The position numbers were made by a program, and so were the translations under genes. A stretch of DNA of 37,644 nt from a virus (taxonomy: Duplodnaviria; Caudoviricetes), in the IMG/VR virus record IMGVR_UViG_3300012953_000080, positions 1 through 37,644 of that record, one strand, 5' to 3'. Below the pieces are notes generated by a model. It did not search any database. It was not told the origin of the DNA and saw nothing but the letters and a program-made list of their open reading frames with translations. Positions 34,701 through 37,644 of the stretch are shown in pieces (the stretch's first letter is position 1; each line of letters starts with the position of its first letter).

Positions 34701-37644
34701 ATCTCTTGCACAAGTAAAGGTTAATGCGTTATCAGCAAACTTAATCCACTCACCATTTGCTAAGTTATGAGCAGAAGTTGTTGTGATGCTCAATATACCT
34801 GTAGTTGGATTATATGTTGTACCTGTAGTAGCCTGATGTTGTGATACTTGTGCACGAGGGTAACTATAAGTACCCCCACCTTGTGTGCAAGTAAAGTCTA
34901 ATGAACCGTCAGTAATCTTAATAAATTCGCCATTCTCAATTCCGTGTCCTGCACTAGTAAGTGACATTACACCTGTTGTTGGATTGTAGTCAGCAGCAGT
35001 TACATTTAACTGAGCAGTAGCAACAAACTTATGTTGACCAGCAGCAGCAGTCTTACCAATCTGTACTTCAAATGTACCGTCAGTTATATTGAATACAGGT
35101 AACCACTTATCACTAGATGGGTCAACACCCTTACGTGGATATGTGTGGTTTGTATTGTAGTTATCATTATCACACTGGAATGTTAATGCATCATGTGAGA
35201 ACTTAATTCTATCTCCATTTCTGAAGTTATGATTAGCAACGGCTAATTTCATAATACCAGACTCAGGATCATAATCTGCATCAGATACAGTATATGCTTC
35301 TGATTGTCTTAATCCATGTCCAGCAAGAGTTAAAGTTAATGCACCTGTTTCAGCATTATAATCTGCATCTGTTGGTGTATATGCAGTACTACCAACGGCA
35401 GTAATTGCTAATCTTTCATTGTATGAAGGATCAGTTTCACGAGGATAACTATGCTCTGAAGCATGACCATCTTGATCACAAGTAAAGATTAATGCATTTG
35501 CATCTATAGAAATAGAATCATTAGTAGTTAAATTATGTGATGGTAGAGATAATACTAGATTACCAGTTGCAGCATCATATGTTGCATCAGATGGAGTAAA
35601 CTCAGTTACAGGTGTTAAATCATTATCTCTTGTATAACGATATACTGCTTCTTCAGCAACAAAACGAGAGTTGTTGAGAATTAACTGATAAGTATCAGCA
35701 GACTTATTGACATTAATACCACCAACTAACTGTGATGCTTCCATAGTAGGATTGTCACGATCCTTACTATTATAAGGATAATGGTCTAATTGTTCAAAGA
35801 ATGTCTGAACCTTACCGTGAAGATTTTGACCACGTGCAATAATTGGAATATTACGCATCGCCTGAATTGCCATATCTCTTGCCTGATTAAAGGCATATAT
35901 TGGCATCTGATTTGTTAAATGATATGTTGATGCACTTCTATAGAAATCAGCAGCATCCCAAACTCTACTGTTTCCACCGTACTTCATATTGAAGACCATA
36001 GAACGTAGGAAGTCACATACATCATCCGTACAAGACTTATCACCATTAGTGATATGAAGTTGTGGATATTGAATATTTGCACGATATACTGCTTCTTCTG
36101 AGATGAATCTAATATTACGTTCTATAATATTAGCAGCATCAATTTGTCTTGAAACAACTGGGTTTTGATCGTATGAACTAACACCAGGATCATTAGCACC
36201 AACAAGTGTATTAACATCACCAACACCTTGAGCATAGAAGTTATCACGTCCAAAAGCATTTCTCATTGTGAGAATTGCCATATCTCTTGCTACCTTATAA
36301 GTGTAGATAGATGCATCTTCTTCATCCTTAATATGTTTGATACTATTATTTTCTGGTTCGATATAGTAGTTCGAAGCATCCCAAACCTTACTATTACCAC
36401 CAAGACGAAGATCGTGAATAACTGCGTCAAGATAGTCATTAACATCATCAACACAATCTTGCTGAGTTTGACCTGCAGGATAAGTATGATCTTGGAATCT
36501 AGCAGTATCGTTCATTGTATGAACTGCTTCCCAAGCAATTTGATCCTTATTCCTTTCGATCATATCAGCTGCATCTAGGAATCTATCTCCATCAGAGCGT
36601 CCTGGATCATAACCTTGTGAATCAGGTAGGAAGGTTATTGTATCCCAATCAGCATCAGTATTATGAACTGTAGTAGGAGCAAGTTGTGTGTATACAGCAG
36701 TGTAGTAATCATCTATATTTGTTTGACCTTGATTACTATCAGGTGAATTACCAAACTGAACTAGAAGTTGGTTTGCTGCTTTAATTGATAAGAACTTAGT
36801 AAATTCAATAGCATCCAACATTGGAAGAAGTTCTTCATCTACATGAAGGATATCCTTCTCCTCATTTAAATACCTGTCAATAACTTCATTAGTACCAGCA
36901 TTACCACCAGTAATTAGATCGGCAATAATACCAGGAATAACGAAGTCTTTAATATCTCTTTCACAATATGGTTGACCATAACCAGGCATCTCTAACTTAT
37001 CATAAGTTGTGCCATTAATTTCGACTTGCCACTTATCCTGAATATAACCAGCAACCTCTTCAGCAATGAAATCACGGTTCTGCCACATAGCATCACCAGC
37101 ATCACGATATCTGTCACCAGTAGGTCCAAGAATATCAAGAATACCATTAACTAATGATGTAACTTCATTCTGTACGGTTGAAGATGCAGGAGATGAGAAG
37201 TTGTTAGGAACACGTAATCTATCAGTATACTTAACAGTCTCATAGTTCTCTAAATCACTACTTGTTGTAGTGATTACAAAGTTCATTATCTCTCCAACTT
37301 TCTGCCAAGCATACAGAGTTTGTAGGAGTTCTTTATTAACGAAATCTAATCCACCAGTTGCAGTTAAGTATCCTTTAGCAGCAACAGTAGTATAGTAGTT
37401 ACCACCATACTTAAGATCTTTAATGATAGCATCGATGATATACTCTTCAGTATCCCTTAAGCAATAGTAAGTACCAAGGTAGTTATTAGTTGAAGGATCA
37501 TCACCAGGAATAGTAAAGTCCGAGAACTTAGCCTTCATCATTGCAACAGCAGTCTCAGAAATCCACTTATCATTCTGTAGTATGGATGCTGCAGCACGAC
37601 GATGCTCATCTCTACCAAGATCTACATCTTCAATAATTACACGA
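25791..37644 (-). CDS. giant baseplate-associated structural protein (cyanophage 'gp7' position), >3950 aa, 5'-truncated
   Basis: The frame stays open from 37541 to the window end (RVIIEDVDLGRDEHRRAAASILQNDKWISETAVA-MMKAK), so the true start is outside the window. It contains helical C-x-(R/D)-D repeats, 18 His/Cys beta-repeats, FDG..T.F.L / LDDIS..FD / LNGV.QEPG modules and a terminal Ig-like domain. The gp7 label is positional only. Confidence 0.85.
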   Translation of the reverse strand, partial: RVIIEDVDLGRDEHRRAAASILQNDKWISETAVAMMKAKFSDFTIPGDDPSTNNYLGTYYCLRDTEEYIIDAIIKDLKYGGNYYTTVAAKGYLTATGGLDFVNKELLQTLYAWQKVGEIMNFVITTTSSDLENYETVKYTDRLRVPNNFSSPASSTVQNEVTSLVNGILDILGPTGDRYRDAGDAMWQNRDFIAEEVAGYIQDKWQVEINGTTYDKLEMPGYGQPYCERDIKDFVIPGIIADLITGGNAGTNEVIDRYLNEEKDILHVDEELLPMLDAIEFTKFLSIKAANQLLVQFGNSPDSNQGQTNIDDYYTAVYTQLAPTTVHNTDADWDTITFLPDSQGYDPGRSDGDRFLDAADMIERNKDQIAWEAVHTMNDTARFQDHTYPAGQTQQDCVDDVNDYLDAVIHDLRLGGNSKVWDASNYYIEPENNSIKHIKDEEDASIYTYKVARDMAILTMRNAFGRDNFYAQGVGDVNTLVGANDPGVSSYDQNPVVSRQIDAANIIERNIRFISEEAVYRANIQYPQLHITNGDKSCTDDVCDFLRSMVFNMKYGGNSRVWDAADFYRSASTYHLTNQMPIYAFNQARDMAIQAMRNIPIIARGQNLHGKVQTFFEQLDHYPYNSKDRDNPTMEASQLVGGINVNKSADTYQLILNNSRFVAEEAVYRYTRDNDLTPVTEFTPSDATYDAATGNLVLSLPSHNLTTNDSISIDANALIFTCDQDGHASEHSYPRETDPSYNERLAITAVGSTAYTPTDADYNAETGALTLTLAGHGLRQSEAYTVSDADYDPESGIMKLAVANHNFRNGDRIKFSHDALTFQCDNDNYNTNHTYPRKGVDPSSDKWLPVFNITDGTFEVQIGKTAAAGQHKFVATAQLNVTAADYNPTTGVMSLTSAGHGIENGEFIKITDGSLDFTCTQGGGTYSYPRAQVSQHQATTGTTYNPTTGILSITTTSAHNLANGEWIKFADNALTFTCARDNNATNHTYPRSSDPASGKFLRISNVTASTFEVKVLEITPSSNVSAHVFVSGAANGITHADPAAAGHVRAFNVTTDTLDVQVLANAPSTNTTVHTYNGGTASNAITKSTFEKANDSVLIEDGALTFTCDADNHQSLHPYPRYTDYASDEWLPVTEAWNDSFKVDVHIAPVIEYTPTAAAFTPTTGLLELTIGSHDLSVDSKVMIKTGGLTFRCDEDGQASDHAYPRNIIDTHQATTGTTYSPTTGLMVVDTGTTHGIKVGDWVMFEDNAVTFTCLEGGGNHSYPRSTDPVSGKWLQVSAVVGQTFTVKVLTTTPSTNVTTHTFVSGTANGIKQKRDRSFEQHVPVTAITGTTITIDVGVSSNNTTHVWQSALAGAIQFNPLYQHTFVSAVTGGVKSQDGTVTVNVGTTAAVNYTPTAATYNPETGDMWLNIGLHNLTEKSTIKLADDSLTFTCSMDNNGTNHTYPRASDPTRNTNIVIQEVGTISKTVTGATYDPSSGNLVIQIPDHGFSNGNRVRIADGSLVFTCAADQHDTWHRYPRATDPFSDEWLVISGVSGSSFQVNIGASPNKSAHIFVSASNNGLEKQDGSITINVGSTPNVNYDVSTATYDHQTGVMVLTIGSHGLKTGDKLKLGAETLKFTCAMDGNSAQKTYPRRIAGDGGADPFFNTSINVDSVGSTQHTATDATYVPTTGVMTLEISGHNFAASTTHQVTGAQYNAKTGVMKMTLNSHGFTAGDQIKIAPNSLTFQCTMDSGSSNHTYPRKSDPVANKWLTITSVTTNTFEVIVGKSPIVQWDVSNAEYNQTTGYMTLTTPGPHGLRGHTDHTATGATYNASSGLLTLTVPNHGFANGDKIRVADHSLTFTCGQDSNQTEHTYPRASDPASDKFITISNVQTNTFECNILQGTSPTNTTSHAFVAAAKNGIRHAGETVKLEANSLTFRCAQDNYATDHAYPRSSDPAYNVPLHIVHSTEKTITVDVGVAASSNQFAHNFVNAATGQTSHTIIDASYTASSGKMTVTVPKHGFNLGEKVKIDDDGITFKCEMDDYATDHTYPRSSDPVSGKWMDVSNITENTFDVNVGSTPIVNYTPTGASYNPTTGNMQIVIGSHTLSQGDSIKLAENALTFRCDQDGQSSDHAYPRSLTDNHTAVSGGTTYNPTTGVLMIQTAGPHNLNTGDWIQIAQNSLTFRCDEDGQASDHTYPRSSDPVNGRWLKITYVNASKFTVVVLDNIPSTNTTTHVCTATSANGILAKRDPSYDNSLPIIAADSTSITINVLNNVPSTNTTTHVFQSALANSVIAGGNYAHKFVSSVGSALKKQTKALITGGNYTHTFVSAASGGIEKANAYIQIVNDSLVFRCGKDDFGSLHPYPRATDPFAGRWLPIFNVQTNEFDVNVGISQNTSQHNFASAVANGILKQTGTVTINVGYDSLPANQHAHVWVGMENKLTAASGTTYDPTTGVMTIKTAAAHKLENDEYVKFDDDAVTFTCTQGGGNHAYPRSTDPMSGRWLKVQNVTTDTFEVVVLDVIPSTNVTVHTFVSGSNDGITKACVITGGVHDHTFVSATSGAIQTGGSYTHKFVRAHDNSINKLYTIPGGNQNCCDDVERILRGVAYHIAYGGNNEIYDMAMEYVTQTHLNNYFEEKWSLGIMTLTKEIITQIIRNIQTPVYGTHNLIQYRDTTITTDVTQPACPTEVAAATTLIDIVMDAISTNAVSGTRTLPTGSGNGPCANVAATITTMFGIITDTINSGSSLDSVNRSLPSIWPCHYHGDVSERDLTVTYQTAAATWDQTCSTTASAISTLFDVVVNTIESAKTNTNHLSGLTRTVPPYTNTLYQQYTCYNVVSAMTTAFDLITDTLGAGSYSNRNTGHYLRFNDQAITSRALAATLANYPLGDNPDLPFFQAVLEAGIYDLTTDGNASAFELAGTWFDGEGQFIAYPTVDRIRLLYGVNKIREYAKEVVQDPENAGWNTYDVYRYPEVQGYRRHLEWDQETTEFNFDSSLNCLEFAIERATFPTDNLVTFNAATDVVNYSNKYDEGVDYNTDPALVNLTPTVEVGYEREENRARINRTNFFRRGDVVKYVLASANSLSGANDQPYYYVLNAQADWFEIARMPKHDARYRPFALDTTNAGNQQFFTVRRSGIDRIANTYGTRDIDQPITAGFNIADVLVGTTTGASAEIASSFINNADIVKTFKYYGLNTMSSISFVNGEQVQVQGATANNGYVMQRVIRDENQLGWIKLELVQGTISAGQTIEGVDSGATAIVTAVVEDRMLINTKVGEFLQGDWMFKDTTATEAYLSSYDNKSGVLTDNSGGRVTIDVETITGTFQSGDIIYGSKTEKILDFVGITDGGSPITINTYIHGEKVRKLTLSQVITDSEYSGTFVKGDKVYLLQGTTPTNPGWWGYVTKYDNRPDDNVNDLYIAGLQNYWTGDASEPTTEPDGSLAATGGYNIGKFDNLQNFPLIYATASNYTETGYSSYGKIIAIEQSGITARCWLEDVQGDFVDNMTVKSDGGWIAGVSTAQNLLGRVDRYFRGFDGTQTQFNLTISNGQQYLPDPAGHMLIFVNGILQPPGATGAYTASSDIITFAEAPDVGSDFIGYYIGKLRQLDDISFEFDSLRSSFNLKQSGGFYSLTLTEGVQSNVIKPENNIMVSLNGVIQEPGVGYELVGSRIIFAEVPRAGTTFVGFSYIGSDADVIAATVVPPIEAGDQLFIEGEDEIVPREVALIESSNSLVTFEYTGTVKGRNAAALASVRSGTIEQTIITNPGNGYTETPSVSVISSTGFDGRVRALMGVARIDIGSAGIGYAQPIVAVENTVEDTFVSPDGPPVNGGFDVYAGEGINAQTGEPIEIEAGLIAITRNPSNVTVNQGQTASFTVVAHFSAADGDPAETIVGLNYQWQRKQYGETNWANITGATAATYNSNATIQADDADEFRVAITYAGATPVYSNSAVLSVQTGNTVVSNFDPSQIFQQ
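29943..35616 (-). repeat. block of 18 nested ~100-aa repeats (AxYxPxTG..H..LxFxC..HxYPR..DP..HxFVS)
   Basis: Hand count: 18 opening motifs, 18 FxC...YPR cores and 18 closing His motifs. Boundaries are approximate. Confidence 0.88.
35617..37644 (-). repeat. helical repeats R.DA..I..N..(F/W)I..E.V...C.(R/D)D....A...DL..GGN (four in this span plus the N-half of a fifth, completed at ~29942-29700)
   Basis: Cys codons at 37461-37463 (CLRD), 36963-36965 (CERD), 36453-36455 (CVDD), 36030-36032 (CTDD) and 29910-29915 (CCDD). Confidence 0.82.

Noticed and set aside
37539-37541. ATG given as the start of the 3916-aa ORF
   Set aside because: The frame is open to the window edge and this Met lies in the middle of a repeat.
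1-37644. tRNA/rRNA genes, introns, inteins, homing endonucleases, mobile elements
   Set aside because: Intergenic gaps are all under about 75 nt, and I recognised no LAGLIDADG, HNH, GIY-YIG or intein splice motifs in the translations.

Overview
This window is the late structural (baseplate to neck to packaging) module of a T4-like marine cyanomyovirus (Kyanoviridae-type; AT-rich). All credible genes lie on the minus strand. In transcription order they are: a giant (>3950 aa, 5'-truncated) baseplate-associated protein in the cyanophage 'gp7' position, a YHYH/Ig protein, a gp9/gp10-like protein ending in a cupredoxin-type domain, a Gly-rich structural protein, gp8, a 2460-aa VrlC/DUF4815-like protein, two small coiled-coil proteins, a 2438-aa fibre, gp13, gp14, gp15, gp16, a hypothetical protein and a 3'-truncated Lys-rich protein. 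T4-type late promoters (NATAAATA) and one intrinsic terminator are visible. The giant protein is the most striking element. It carries helical repeats that resemble phycobiliprotein (globin-fold) subunits, with cysteines at both bilin-attachment-equivalent positions. It is also built as a recursively nested polypeptide: 18 His/Cys beta-repeats are inserted inside one another, and the whole block sits inside four nested helical repeats. Other notable items are several putative metal sites in virion proteins, a GC3-shifted patch in the fibre gene that coincides with an overlapping ORF, and a near-consensus sigma70 promoter pointing antisense into the late operon. All family assignments come from motif recognition by eye; no searches were run.
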